Below are positions 8,233-17,809 of a stretch of DNA of 32,000 nt, one piece after another; position 1 is the stretch's first letter, and each line of letters opens with the position of its first letter. Origin of the DNA: Zymomonas mobilis subsp. mobilis ATCC 10988 (GTDB lineage Bacteria > Pseudomonadota > Alphaproteobacteria > Sphingomonadales > Sphingomonadaceae); the NCBI RefSeq assembly GCF_000175255.2, contig NC_017262.1, positions 1,140,001 through 1,172,000 of the forward strand, written 5' to 3'. Below the pieces are notes generated by a model that saw only the letters and a program-made list of their open reading frames with translations, did no database searches and was not told the DNA's origin. A program made the translations under genes and the position numbers.

Positions 8233-8692
8233 CGACAACTCCATAACCTGCGCAATTTTCGGATGTCCCATATATAATGCAAGAATATAATCAGTCTTGG
8301 GACAGCAGAATAATCACGTCTTGTCGCTTTAAAGCATCCAAGATGGATGAATTAAATAACCGAACTTCTTGGTGACCCTCTATTCCCTTTTGGTCAATCC
8401 ATCGGAACTTTTTACAAGGCTGCCCGTTCGTCTGATGCGGTGAAATGCAGCAGTTGTTCCGTCCGGGCGGATGGATTTTTCAATTTTTGTCATTGAGAGA
8501 CTCAATGAAAGGGTAGGGCGGCTATAGCGTCCTGCTGCGTTTTTGGCCAGAATTTTCCTTAGATAAGATAATGGCACCGGCCTTTGATAGCTAAAAAGGC
8601 GTATTTTCCTGTTTTTTTTGAAAAAAATGAAAATTTATTCAAATTATGCTTGACGACACGACCAACCTACCTTAGAGGACAGGCCATCCCAA

Positions 8693-8763
<71 letters not shown>

Positions 8764-8769
<6 letters not shown>

Positions 8770-8788
8770 TTTTTTATGGCGCTTCTTT
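8764..8788 (+). terminator. candidate terminator using the tRNA 3' end
   Basis: Stem GCGCCAT (8764-8770) / ATGGCGC (8776-8782) with loop TTTTT and tail TTCTTT. The left arm is the tRNA acceptor 3' end plus CCA. Confidence 0.5.
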
Positions 8789-9064
8789 AGGGGGTACGCT
8801 TTCCCTTTCAATAAAGCGATCTTGCTGTTCCAAGCAAATTTTTCTCCTTAAAAAATATTTTTAGATGGTATCGCTTAGTAGATTAGGCGATAAGGCCTTT
8901 TGAGTATTTAAGTGATAATTTCTAATATCAGCCATTGACGGATTCTTCTCTTTATCCGAGACGTTATCTGCTTAAATCTTTGTGAAGATAAAAAGGCACC
9001 CTATAAACTTAACGGCTTGAAATAACTGATTCGCCTTGAGCTTTTAAGGTGTGACTGTTGATTG

Positions 9065-9829
9065 ATGTTGGAGACGACCTTGGCTGACCTGCCACATAAC
9101 AGCAATGATAACCAAAATACGTTACAGACGGCTTCCGAAACGACTGATGAAATAAAAACGCCGTTTTGTGTTGCCCATCGCCGGTGCATCACAGCTGCGA
9201 TTGCCGTCATCCTTCTTGTAGTCGGTGTGGGTGGTATCGGCTGTTGGTCATATCATCGTCATAAACAGGAGGCTATCAATAGCCGCGGAGATGCTTTGGC
9301 AGCCGCTATTGCGCCGGTAATCCAAGGAGGACAGGTCAAGGATGTCGCAACATTGGATAAGCTGATCGCTTCCAATGATCCGGTTTATGCCAATCTTGGC
9401 CGTTTTTTAAAAGCCGGTGTCCTGTCTGATAAGGGTGACGTTAAAAGCGCGACCGCTTTATATCAAACGGTTCTTAATGATCCGGCTGCCGGTGATATTT
9501 TGCACGCTGTGGCGACTTTGCATTTAAGTGCCATTGAACTGGATACGGTGCCTCCTGAAAATGTGATTAAACGACTTCAACCTTTGGTTGCCCCTGGTAG
9601 TCGTTGGTTAGGAAGTGCCGGAGAAATGCAAGCGGCGGCTTATTTAAAAGAAAATAAACCGGAACAAGCCGTCAAAATTTATCAAAGAATTTATTCTGAT
9701 ACGTCTGTTCCTGAAGATATCCGTGAACGTGCCAAATCACTGGCTAATTCTTATGCTGATATCGTAGGTAACAATAAAGAAAAGCCGCAACAGGCCGCGG
9801 CGGCGACACCAGCGTCGGATAAAAAATAA
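9065..9829 (+). CDS. YfgM-like TPR protein (single N-terminal TM anchor)
   Basis: It has one TM helix (AAIAVILLVVGVGGIGCW) followed by a helical repeat domain. It sits immediately upstream of bamB and der, as yfgM does in the E. coli yfgM-bamB-der arrangement. The TTG at 9062 or the ATG at 9065 are both possible starts. The call rests on synteny plus architecture, not on a sequence motif. Confidence 0.65.
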   Translation: MLETTLADLPHNSNDNQNTLQTASETTDEIKTPFCVAHRRCITAAIAVILLVVGVGGIGCWSYHRHKQEAINSRGDALAAAIAPVIQGGQVKDVATLDKLIASNDPVYANLGRFLKAGVLSDKGDVKSATALYQTVLNDPAAGDILHAVATLHLSAIELDTVPPENVIKRLQPLVAPGSRWLGSAGEMQAAAYLKENKPEQAVKIYQRIYSDTSVPEDIRERAKSLANSYADIVGNNKEKPQQAAAATPASDKK

Positions 9830-9851
9830 GAGTAGCTGGGGATAAACGTTA

Positions 9852-11336
9852 ATGGCAAATAGGTTAAGCAAAACGCGTCTTTTGCGGCATGTTGCAGTCA
9901 GCTGTCTTTGTGCTTTTTCAGTCGCATCATGCAATATGGCAAAAGAAAATAAGCCGAAAACCCCGCTTATCGGAGAACGCACTCCTATTCTTATGACCGA
10001 GAATGGGGTTGAGATTGATTCCGGCTTGGCATCTGTTCCGGTAACCGTTCCCGATGCCTTTTTGAATGACACATGGGAACAGCCGGGCGGTAATGCTGAA
10101 AAATCCATGGGGCATTTGGAACTTGGTAAAGCGACGAAACGGCTTTGGCAGGCGCATATCGGCGGAGGAAGCACCCGCGCCCGTATGGCCTCGGGGCCTG
10201 TGATCTCGGATGGTCGCTTATATGTTGTTGATACGCACGCCCATCTTTATGCCTTTGATGCTGATAGCGGAAAGCTACTTTGGAAAAAAATGGTCGGTGA
10301 CGGCCATGATATTATCAAAAATATTCCGACTGGCGATGAAGATGAAGAGCCGTTACCCGCTCCCAATCGTTCAGATAAGCAGGCTTATGCTCTCTGGGAA
10401 AGAGCCGAAAAGATCAGAATAAAAAACAAGAAGCCTCGCCGAGGAAGCTCGAATAGTGCCGCTTTATTTGGTGGCGGTGTTAGTGTTGATGGTGATCGTT
10501 TGTTTGCGACTTCCGGTATTGGTGATGTGGCGGCCTTCGATGCCAAAACGGGTAAACAACTTTGGGTTAAACGTCCCGGCGGTCCTGTGAGGGGCGCTCC
10601 CGGTGTTGGTCTTGGCAATGTCTATGTGATTTCTCGCGATAACCAGATATTCGCTCTTTCCGAAGATACCGGAGAGCTGAAATGGTCTGATGCGGCGACT
10701 TTAGAAACAACCGCCATTTTTGGGGCGGCTGCGCCCTCTATTGCCCATGGTACGGTTATTGCCGGATTCTCTTCCGGCGAATTAAGCGCTTATCGTTACG
10801 AAAATGGTTACGAGGTTTGGCAGGATGCTTTATCTCGCACCAGTATTTCTACCACGGTTGGTAGTTTATCCGATATCAACGCTTTCCCTGTTATTGATTC
10901 CGGCCATGTTTATGCCGTCGGACAAGGTGGCCGAATGGTCGCTGTCGATTTGTTCATGGGGCAGCGTTTATGGGAACTCAATATATCCGGATTTTCAACG
11001 CCTTGGGTCGTTGGGCAATGGATATTTGTTGTAACGATGGATGCGAAATTACTCGCCATTCAACGCTCAAATGGTCATATCCGCTGGATGAGTGAATTAA
11101 AGGCTTGGGCTAATCCATCCAAGAAAACAGGCCCCATTAACTGGAATGGTCCTGTTCTTGCCGGAGGACGGCTGATTCTGACCAATAACCGTGGAGAATT
11201 GATCGAAGTTGATCCAGCCGATGGTCAAATGATTTCCAGACGTCGCCTTGGTCTGCCTATGGTTGTAACCCCTGTTGTCGCTCGCAATAATTTATATTTA
11301 TTGGGAGAAAATGGTCAGTTACAGGCATGGCACTAA
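9852..11336 (+). CDS. bamB: outer membrane protein assembly factor BamB (PQQ-like beta-propeller lipoprotein)
   Basis: It has a lipobox SVASC (Cys27). Repeated beta-propeller blades carry patterns such as GRLYVVD...HLYAFDADSGKLLW, DRLFATSG...VAAFDAKTGKQLW and NVYVISRDNQIFALSEDTGELKW. Its position between the yfgM-like gene and der also fits. Confidence 0.85.
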   Translation: MANRLSKTRLLRHVAVSCLCAFSVASCNMAKENKPKTPLIGERTPILMTENGVEIDSGLASVPVTVPDAFLNDTWEQPGGNAEKSMGHLELGKATKRLWQAHIGGGSTRARMASGPVISDGRLYVVDTHAHLYAFDADSGKLLWKKMVGDGHDIIKNIPTGDEDEEPLPAPNRSDKQAYALWERAEKIRIKNKKPRRGSSNSAALFGGGVSVDGDRLFATSGIGDVAAFDAKTGKQLWVKRPGGPVRGAPGVGLGNVYVISRDNQIFALSEDTGELKWSDAATLETTAIFGAAAPSIAHGTVIAGFSSGELSAYRYENGYEVWQDALSRTSISTTVGSLSDINAFPVIDSGHVYAVGQGGRMVAVDLFMGQRLWELNISGFSTPWVVGQWIFVVTMDAKLLAIQRSNGHIRWMSELKAWANPSKKTGPINWNGPVLAGGRLILTNNRGELIEVDPADGQMISRRRLGLPMVVTPVVARNNLYLLGENGQLQAWH

Positions 11337-11402
11337 TGCATAGTAAAATTACATTACTTCCCCGTTATTTTAGTGAGCCTTTGCTCTCAATAGGAAAATA
11401 AT

Positions 11403-12767
11403 ATGCCAAGCGTTGCCATTATTGGCCGCCCGAATGTCGGAAAATCCACTTTATTCAATAGATTGGTTGGGAAAAGGCTCGCTCTGGTGGATGATCGTCC
11501 GGGCGTTACCCGCGATCGTCGTGAGGGCGATGCCGAACTTATCGGAATGCCTTTTCGGGTTATTGATACGGCTGGTTTTGAAGATGAAGACCCAGCCAGC
11601 TTACCCGGCAGAATGCGCGTTCAGACTGAAGCTGCCGTTAAAGAATGCGATGTCGCCTTATTCGTCATTGATGCGCGACAGGGCATAACCCCTCTTGATG
11701 AGGAAATTGCCCGCTGGTTAAGAGCTTTAGGAAAACCAATTATTGTTCTTGCCAATAAATGCGAAGGCAAGGGCGGTGAATCCGGGCTATTGGAAGCCTA
11801 TTCTTTGGGGTTCGGTGAACCTCTGCCTTTCTCTGCCGAGCATGGTGAAGGGCTGGTAGGCCTATTTCAAGCATTAAGGCCCTTTGTCGAAGGCTATTCG
11901 CTTGAAGAGGACACCTCTTCGGAAGATGAAGACGAAGAGAAAAGCGAAGAAGAAATTGACCTGTCGCCTTTGCAGTTGGCGATTGTCGGTCGTCCTAATG
12001 CCGGTAAATCAACGCTTATCAATCGCTTGATTGGCGTTGACCGTATGATTACGGGGCCGGAAGCCGGTATTACTCGCGATTCAATTGCAATTGACTGGTC
12101 ATGGCAAGGACGGCCTGTCCGTTTAATTGACACAGCAGGACTTCGTAAGAAAGCTCGTGTTGTTGATAAGATGGAACGTCTGTCTGTGATGGATACTTTC
12201 CGTACGATTGACTATGCGGAAGTTGTCGTCTTGTTGCTGGATGGCACCCAAGGTCTTGAAGGGCAAGATTTGCGTATTGCAGATCGTGTTCTTGAAGAAG
12301 GGCGCAGTCTGATTATTGCTATCAATAAATGGGATATGGTCGAAAACCCGTCAGCCTTTTTGCAGGCTATCAGGGAAGGGCTGAATGATGGTCTGGCACA
12401 GGTCAAGGGTGTCCCACTTATTACGATTTCGGCATTGACCGGACGGGGTGTTGATCCTTTATTAAAAGCTGCTTTTGAGACTAGAAAAGCATGGAGCCAT
12501 CGTGTTTCGACCGGTCAACTTAATCGTTGGCTAACCCGTGCAATTGCGCATCATGCGCCCCCAGCACCGGGCGGTAAACGTATCAAATTACGCTATTTAA
12601 CCCAGATCAAGACACGGCCTCCGACGTTTGTTTTATTCGGAACCCGTGTGGATCAATTACCGACCAGTTATGAACGCTATTTAATCAATAGCCTTCGGTC
12701 TGATCTTGATTTTGGTTCAGTGCCTATTCGGTTACATTTCCGATCACCCGAAAATCCATTCGATTAA
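11403..12767 (+). CDS. der: ribosome biogenesis GTPase Der (EngA), two tandem GTPase domains
   Basis: There are two P-loops (GRPNVGKST and GRPNAGKST), two DTAG and NKxD motifs (NKCE, NKWD), an acidic inter-domain linker and a KH-like C-terminus. Confidence 0.95.
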   Translation: MPSVAIIGRPNVGKSTLFNRLVGKRLALVDDRPGVTRDRREGDAELIGMPFRVIDTAGFEDEDPASLPGRMRVQTEAAVKECDVALFVIDARQGITPLDEEIARWLRALGKPIIVLANKCEGKGGESGLLEAYSLGFGEPLPFSAEHGEGLVGLFQALRPFVEGYSLEEDTSSEDEDEEKSEEEIDLSPLQLAIVGRPNAGKSTLINRLIGVDRMITGPEAGITRDSIAIDWSWQGRPVRLIDTAGLRKKARVVDKMERLSVMDTFRTIDYAEVVVLLLDGTQGLEGQDLRIADRVLEEGRSLIIAINKWDMVENPSAFLQAIREGLNDGLAQVKGVPLITISALTGRGVDPLLKAAFETRKAWSHRVSTGQLNRWLTRAIAHHAPPAPGGKRIKLRYLTQIKTRPPTFVLFGTRVDQLPTSYERYLINSLRSDLDFGSVPIRLHFRSPENPFD

Positions 12768-12771
12768 TATC

Positions 12772-12808
12772 AAAAAAAAGCTTCCTGAGAAATCAGGAAG
12801 CTTTTTTT
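12772..12808. terminator. bidirectional rho-independent terminator between der and fhs
   Basis: Perfect 10-bp stem AGCTTCCTGA (12779-12788) / TCAGGAAGCT (12793-12802) with loop GAAA. An A8 run lies upstream and a T7 run downstream. Confidence 0.88.
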
Positions 12809-12830
12809 CTAGCTTGGTTTTGAAACGAAA

Positions 12831-14504
12831 TTAAGCGAGGCCGATAATTTCGTTATCTTCATTGATATCGATATTTTCGGCGGCGGGATGACGCGGTAAG
12901 CCCGGCATCGTCATGATATTACCGGAAATAGCGACAATGAAGCCAGCACCGGCATTCAGGCGCACTTCTCTAATCGGGAAGATATGGCCAGTCGGCGCAT
13001 TCTTGGCTTTCGGATCTGCCGAGAAGGAAGATTGCGTTTTTGCAATACAAACGGGCAAATCACCAAAGCCCTGTTCTTCAAAACTTTTCAGTTTCTTGAG
13101 AACGGCACCCTGCGGCACAACTTCACCTGCGCGATAGATTTCTTTGGCGATCGTTTCGATCTTCTTCCAAAGCGGCATTTCGTCAGGATAGAGAAGGCGG
13201 AAAGAATCTTCCTTCGGTGCATCCAAGATAGCCGACAATTTACGAGCCAAATCTTCGGCACCCGCACCACCATCAGTGAAATGGGTGCAGACAGCAGAAT
13301 CAAGACCGATTGAGGCGCAAAGATCCTGAAGTTTGTCTAATTCAGCTTCAGTATCGCTATGGAAGCGGTTGATAGCGACTACCGTTTTAACACCGAATTT
13401 GGCAAGATTTTCAGCATGACGGGCGAGATTGGCAAAGCCGGTTTCAAGCGCTGCAATATTCTCGTTTTTCAAATCAGCCAAGGCAACCCCACCATGCATC
13501 TTCAATGCACGGATTGTGGCAACCAGAACGACTGCATCCGGTTCAAGATTGGCCTGACGGCATTTGATGTCGAAGAATTTTTCGGCACCAAGGTCAGCAC
13601 CAAAGCCAGCTTCGGTAATCGCAATATCACCAAGATACAACGCGGCTTTCGTTGCAATCAGGGAGTTACAACCATGAGCAATATTCGCGAAAGGCCCGCC
13701 ATGAATAAGCGCAGGATTACCTTCCAAGGTCTGCACAAGATTCGGCTGTAAAGCATCTTTCAAAAGGGCTGTCATTGCGCCAGCGGCTTTAATCTTGGCG
13801 GCTGCGACTGGATTATGATCGTTATCTTCACCGATAATGATTCTTTCCAGACGGCTACGAAGATCTTTCAGATCTGAAGCAAGGCAAAGAATGGCCATAA
13901 CTTCCGAAGCAACGCTGATATCGAAACCACCTTCGCGCGGATAGCCATTAGCCTTCCCACCAAGACCGATAACCATATTCCGAAGCATCCGGTCATTCAT
14001 ATCAATGACCCGACGGAAGGTAATGCTGTTACGATCCATAACAGGCTCATTGCCCCAATGGACGTGATTATCAATCATTGCGGCCAGAAGGTCATGCGCG
14101 GAAGTGATGGCATGAAAATCACCCGTGAAATGCAAATTGATGCGTTCCATCGGAACGACCTGTGCATAACCACCACCGGCAGCCCCACCTTTAACGCCAA
14201 AGCAAGGACCTAAAGACGGTTCACGCAGACAGATAACAGCTTTTTTCCCGATCCGGTTAAAAGCATCACCAAGGCCAACCGTTGTTGTGGTTTTACCTTC
14301 ACCGGCAGGGGTCGGGGTAATGGCGCTTACCAGAACCAGTTTACCGCGAGGTTTGGATGATAGGCTGTTCAGATATTCCCCATCAAGCTTGGCGATGGTA
14401 TGCCCATAAGACAAAACAGATTCATCAGGAATATTCAGGCGGCCAGCAATCTCGGTAATCGGTTTTAAGGTTGCGGCTCTAGCGATTTCGATATCGCTCA
14501 GCAT
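12831..14504 (-). CDS. fhs: formate--tetrahydrofolate ligase
   Basis: Canonical FTHFS sequence, including [15 protein letters not shown] and the N-terminus [14 protein letters not shown] 14504 is preceded by GGAGAG with a 7-nt spacer. The longest ORF adds 7 codons from a TTG at 14525, which I consider unlikely. Confidence 0.93.
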   Translation of the reverse strand: MLSDIEIARAATLKPITEIAGRLNIPDESVLSYGHTIAKLDGEYLNSLSSKPRGKLVLVSAITPTPAGEGKTTTTVGLGDAFNRIGKKAVICLREPSLGPCFGVKGGAAGGGYAQVVPMERINLHFTGDFHAITSAHDLLAAMIDNHVHWGNEPVMDRNSITFRRVIDMNDRMLRNMVIGLGGKANGYPREGGFDISVASEVMAILCLASDLKDLRSRLERIIIGEDNDHNPVAAAKIKAAGAMTALLKDALQPNLVQTLEGNPALIHGGPFANIAHGCNSLIATKAALYLGDIAITEAGFGADLGAEKFFDIKCRQANLEPDAVVLVATIRALKMHGGVALADLKNENIAALETGFANLARHAENLAKFGVKTVVAINRFHSDTEAELDKLQDLCASIGLDSAVCTHFTDGGAGAEDLARKLSAILDAPKEDSFRLLYPDEMPLWKKIETIAKEIYRAGEVVPQGAVLKKLKSFEEQGFGDLPVCIAKTQSSFSADPKAKNAPTGHIFPIREVRLNAGAGFIVAISGNIMTMPGLPRHPAAENIDINEDNEIIGLA

Positions 14505-14933
14505 ATGAATTCTCTCCAAAAGCAAAAGTAAATTTAGCGAGAAGTGTAAAAAGATAGATAACAGCTATCTGTTCTTAGCCGCTATTTAAGGCAATAAAAT
14601 ATATAACGAAATAAGGTTTTTTAGATATATTTTTTTCAAAAATATTAAACAATTATATTACAAGGTGAAAAAATATTATGCTGATCTTTTTAAGATAGGA
14701 TAAGCGCCTTTTCTCCAATATAAGAGCCGCCATAGTTGTATAAAACAGGGTTGGAACCTGCTGGGTTTATCAACTCTGTTGCCGGAAAATTATCCTTCAT
14801 TATACGCTATGTCGGTAACAGCCTTAAAGGAATGAGGCCTGATCTTTTCTATTCTGAGGTCGGGTAAGGTTGTTCTGATTTTAACCGATACATGAAGTCT
14901 TAAGTTAAATTCTACAGTTGGAAATCAAGGAAT

Positions 14934-15251
14934 ATGGATAGCAAAAAACTGCCGGATTCCGGCTCTTTTGTTGGTGAAGGAAAAGAGGCTTTCGAAATTG
15001 AGATAGCATCTAGCGGTGAAGTTATTCCGGTTACATCTGACCAAACAATTGCAGATGCCTTGGAAAAAGCAGGTATCGAAACGGTCATCGCCTGTGAAGA
15101 GGGCGTTTGCGGGGCTTGCATGGTCGGATTGGTCTCGGGGGAAGCTGATCATCGTGACCATATCCAGTCAGAAGAAGAAAAAGCCCAGAATAAAGAAATC
15201 GCTATTTGTTGTTCGCGCGCCCGTTCTGCCCGTTTAGTTCTGGATCTCTAG
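14934..15251 (+). CDS. stand-alone plant-type [2Fe-2S] ferredoxin domain protein (PDR/VanB reductase C-terminal-domain-like)
   Basis: The cluster motif is CEEGVCGAC...(31 aa)...C (C-x4-C-x2-C...C). The segment GEADHRDHIQSEEEKAQNKEIAICCSRARSARLVLDL matches the typical C-terminus of phthalate-dioxygenase-reductase-type oxidoreductases. An AAGGA RBS lies 5-9 nt upstream. Confidence 0.7.
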   Translation: MDSKKLPDSGSFVGEGKEAFEIEIASSGEVIPVTSDQTIADALEKAGIETVIACEEGVCGACMVGLVSGEADHRDHIQSEEEKAQNKEIAICCSRARSARLVLDL

Positions 15252-15376
15252 TAATTTCATTCGACAGTGATCAGTTTTTTGTGAAGGGCAGAATTTTAAA
15301 AAAATTGCAGATTCAGATGCTTGATATTATAAATTTTTAAACAAAAAATGAAATTTTCTGGGAAAAATACCTAATT

Positions 15377-15871
15377 ATGATCAGAAAGCTGGATGATTTT
15401 GATATCAAAATTTTAGACCTGCTTCAGCATGATGCCACTGCGACTATGGCTGAATTATCAGAGAAAACAGGTCTGTCAGCGAATGCATGTTGGCGTCGTA
15501 TCCGGCTTTTAGAAGCGGATGGTGTTATCAAAAATCGCGTCACTTTGCTTGATCCCCAGAAAATCGGGCTTGGTATTACAGTGTTCGTCTGTATCCGCTG
15601 TGCGGAACATTCCCAAGATTGGTTGGATAACTTTCTGCAAATCGTCAATGAATCGCCGGAAGTGATAGAGTTTTATCGTTTGGCAGGGGACATTGACTAT
15701 CTTTTGAAGTTACAGGTCGCGAGCATTAGTGAATATGATCGTCTTTATAAAAAGCTGGTCAGCCGTGTGAAGCTGACGGATGTAAGTGCTATTTTTTCCA
15801 TGGAAGAACTAAAACATAGCACAATTCTGCCTTTGCCAGAAACTTCAGATAAGGCAGAGCGCAAAGTCTAA
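15377..15871 (+). CDS. Lrp/AsnC family transcriptional regulator
   Basis: The N-terminal HTH region [47 protein letters not shown] is followed by a RAM/AsnC_trans_reg-type C-terminal domain. Confidence 0.9.
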   Translation: MIRKLDDFDIKILDLLQHDATATMAELSEKTGLSANACWRRIRLLEADGVIKNRVTLLDPQKIGLGITVFVCIRCAEHSQDWLDNFLQIVNESPEVIEFYRLAGDIDYLLKLQVASISEYDRLYKKLVSRVKLTDVSAIFSMEELKHSTILPLPETSDKAERKV

Positions 15872-16566
15872 TATTCTTCGATTAGACGGCCGTCATGTAA
15901 GGTAACGATCCTATCCATCTTGCGAGCCATAGCCATATTATGGGTCGCTATGATAGCGGCAGAACCTTGGCGGCGCACTAGTCTTAAAAATTCATGCAGC
16001 ACAATATCACCGGTAGCTTCATCGAGATTGCCTGTAGGTTCATCGGCTAGAACCAAGGCTGGACGATTGGCTAAAGCGCGTGCCACGGCTACCCGTTGTT
16101 GCTCACCCCCTGATAGTTGGGAAGGGTAATGTTTTAGACGTTCTTCCAGTTTTAAAGAGTTGAGCAAAAAATGGGCGTGCTCTTTAGCCTGATGCGAAGA
16201 TTTTCCCTGAATGAGTTGGGGAAGCATCACATTTTCTAAAGCTGAAAAATCAGGCAGCAAGTGATGAAATTGGTACACAAAACCAAGATGATCGCGCCGA
16301 ATAGCAGTGCGCTCTTTATCATTCAAAGAGCCGATTTCCTGCCCCAGAATATTGATGGAGCCTGTAAATCCATTTTCCAGAAGACCAATCGCTTGCAGAA
16401 AAGTCGATTTCCCTGCCCCAGAAGGTCCCAAAAGCGCTAAAATTTCACCTCGCCTGACGATCAGATCAATCCCGCGCAAAATCTGGATTTCATGTTCGCC
16501 CTGTTTGAATGCTCTTTGAAGATCGGTTACTTCAATAACATTATTATAGGATAGCGGGCTATTCAT
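15868..16566 (-). CDS. lolD: lipoprotein-releasing system ATP-binding protein LolD
   Basis: ABC ATPase with Walker [10 protein letters not shown], signature LSGGEQQRV, Walker [10 protein letters not shown] and a LolD-like N-terminus. I chose ATG 16566 ([13 protein letters not shown]), which overlaps the lolC/E stop by 8 nt (ATGAATAG). The longer ORF to 16671 would overlap lolC/E by 113 nt. Confidence 0.9.
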   Translation of the reverse strand: MNSPLSYNNVIEVTDLQRAFKQGEHEIQILRGIDLIVRRGEILALLGPSGAGKSTFLQAIGLLENGFTGSINILGQEIGSLNDKERTAIRRDHLGFVYQFHHLLPDFSALENVMLPQLIQGKSSHQAKEHAHFLLNSLKLEERLKHYPSQLSGGEQQRVAVARALANRPALVLADEPTGNLDEATGDIVLHEFLRLVRRQGSAAIIATHNMAMARKMDRIVTLHDGRLIEEY

Positions 16567-17809
16567 AGCGCAAGACCTCAACCGGATCAGTGCTGGCGGC
16601 CTTCCATGCAGGATAAAGCGTAAAGAGGAAGCTGGAACCAATAGACAAGGCAATGATGCCAATGACCTCAATCAGATCGACCCGCGCCGGAAGTTCGGTA
16701 ATAATGCGGATCGAAGGGTCCCATAAATTCTGGCCGCTGAAATATTGAATGGCATTGACCAAGGGCTGACGGAAATAAAGGATCACAAAGGCTAGGATAA
16801 CACCTGCCAAGGTTCCCAAGCTGCCGATGGCTAATCCCACCGCCATAAAGATTTTCAGCATGGCGATGCGGGAGGCACCCATTGTCCTTAGAATAGCGAT
16901 ATCTCTGTTTTTGGCGCGAACCAGCATAATCAGAGAAGACAAGATATTGAATGCGGCCACGAGAATAATCAGAGCCAAAATCCAGAACATCACGACGCGT
17001 TCAACGGATAACGCCTGAAACAGGCTGGCATTCATATTGCGCCAATCCTGTAAGACCCCGACATTGGCGACTCTGTCTTTTAACGGATCGAGTATTTGTC
17101 CTACACGATCGGCGTTATTGGTTTTAATCTCGATAATACCAACCGTATCATTCATCATCAGCAGGGTCTGTGCATCAGAAAGCGGCATAATCACGAAGGC
17201 TTTATCGTAATCATACACACCGACTTCAAATATCGCAGCGACCCTGTAAGACACAATCCTTGGCACTGTCCCAAAGGGTGTTGTTTGTCCTGCGGGGGAT
17301 ATAAGACTGATATCATCGCCCGCATGGATACCAAGCTGTTCAGCTAACCGAATACCTATAATAACATTGTTTGAACCCGCTTTTAATTCGTTGAGATGAC
17401 CTTCTCGAATATTTGAACGGATGAGATTGTTATTATTAACGTCGTTTAAAGCCATCCCCCTTAATAAAACGCCTTCAACACGACCCGCATGGGTCGCCAT
17501 CAGAGGTTGTTCAATAAGAGGAATGGCACTGGTTACACCCGGCGTCTTTCTTGTGGCTTCAAGGATAGGTCGCCAATTCGCAAGCTCGCCATTATAGCCT
17601 TGAATCACGGCATGGCCGTTAATGCCTACGATTTTATCAAATAATTCCGCCCTGAACCCGTTCATGACGCTCATCACAATGATGAGAGCGGCGACCCCTA
17701 AAGTAACAGCCAAAAGGCTAATAGAGGCCACCAAAAATATGAACGCTTCGCCCTTGCCCGGTAAAAGGTATCTTCTGGCTATTATTCGTTCATAGGCGGA
17801 AAGAATCAT
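16559..17809 (-). CDS. lipoprotein-releasing system transmembrane permease, LolC/LolE family
   Basis: MacB/FtsX topology: TM1, a large periplasmic domain, then three C-terminal TMs. The N-terminus is LolC/E-like ([33 protein letters not shown]) and the gene is adjacent to lolD. The ATG overlaps the proS stop (ATGA at 17806-17809). Confidence 0.88.
   Translation of the reverse strand: MILSAYERIIARRYLLPGKGEAFIFLVASISLLAVTLGVAALIIVMSVMNGFRAELFDKIVGINGHAVIQGYNGELANWRPILEATRKTPGVTSAIPLIEQPLMATHAGRVEGVLLRGMALNDVNNNNLIRSNIREGHLNELKAGSNNVIIGIRLAEQLGIHAGDDISLISPAGQTTPFGTVPRIVSYRVAAIFEVGVYDYDKAFVIMPLSDAQTLLMMNDTVGIIEIKTNNADRVGQILDPLKDRVANVGVLQDWRNMNASLFQALSVERVVMFWILALIILVAAFNILSSLIMLVRAKNRDIAILRTMGASRIAMLKIFMAVGLAIGSLGTLAGVILAFVILYFRQPLVNAIQYFSGQNLWDPSIRIITELPARVDLIEVIGIIALSIGSSFLFTLYPAWKAASTDPVEVLRYE

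Noticed and set aside
8380-8577. 65-aa minus-strand ORF in the 420-bp gap between the SleB-like gene and tRNA-Asp
   Set aside because: It has a GTG start with no RBS and a low-complexity basic product with no recognisable motif. It lies where the promoters of the flanking genes are expected, so it is most likely a chance ORF.
9737-10174. 145-aa antisense ORF across the yfgM-like/bamB junction, and similar long antisense ORFs (13359-13751 in fhs, 17812-18261 in proS, 22361-22708 in tpiA, 30313-30786 in ribB)
   Set aside because: Each lies fully opposite a gene with strong family motifs. The products are low-complexity with no motifs or RBS. They are typical shadow ORFs of coding regions.
11904-11957. 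GAA/GAT-rich apparent tandem repeat inside der
   Set aside because: It is in frame and encodes the acidic linker (EEDTSSEDEDEEKSEEE) between the two GTPase domains. It is a compositional feature of the protein, not a DNA repeat element.
14505-14933. Possible ZTP (pfl) or THF riboswitch in the long fhs 5' region
   Set aside because: fhs is a frequent ZTP riboswitch target, so I read the minus strand for the conserved GGGTCGTGA...CCGGG and CCGCCTGGGC elements. I did not find them. The region is mostly A/T-rich with only short dyads. A covariance-model scan would be needed to be certain.
16567-16671. 35-codon N-terminal extension of lolD (also the 23-codon extension of secG to 21827, the 7-codon TTG extension of fhs to 14525, and the 13-codon extension of the SleB-like gene to 8271)
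   Set aside because: The extensions are not family-like, lack an RBS and (for lolD) would overlap lolC/E by more than 100 nt. Internal ATGs with an RBS or coupling geometry give canonical N-termini.
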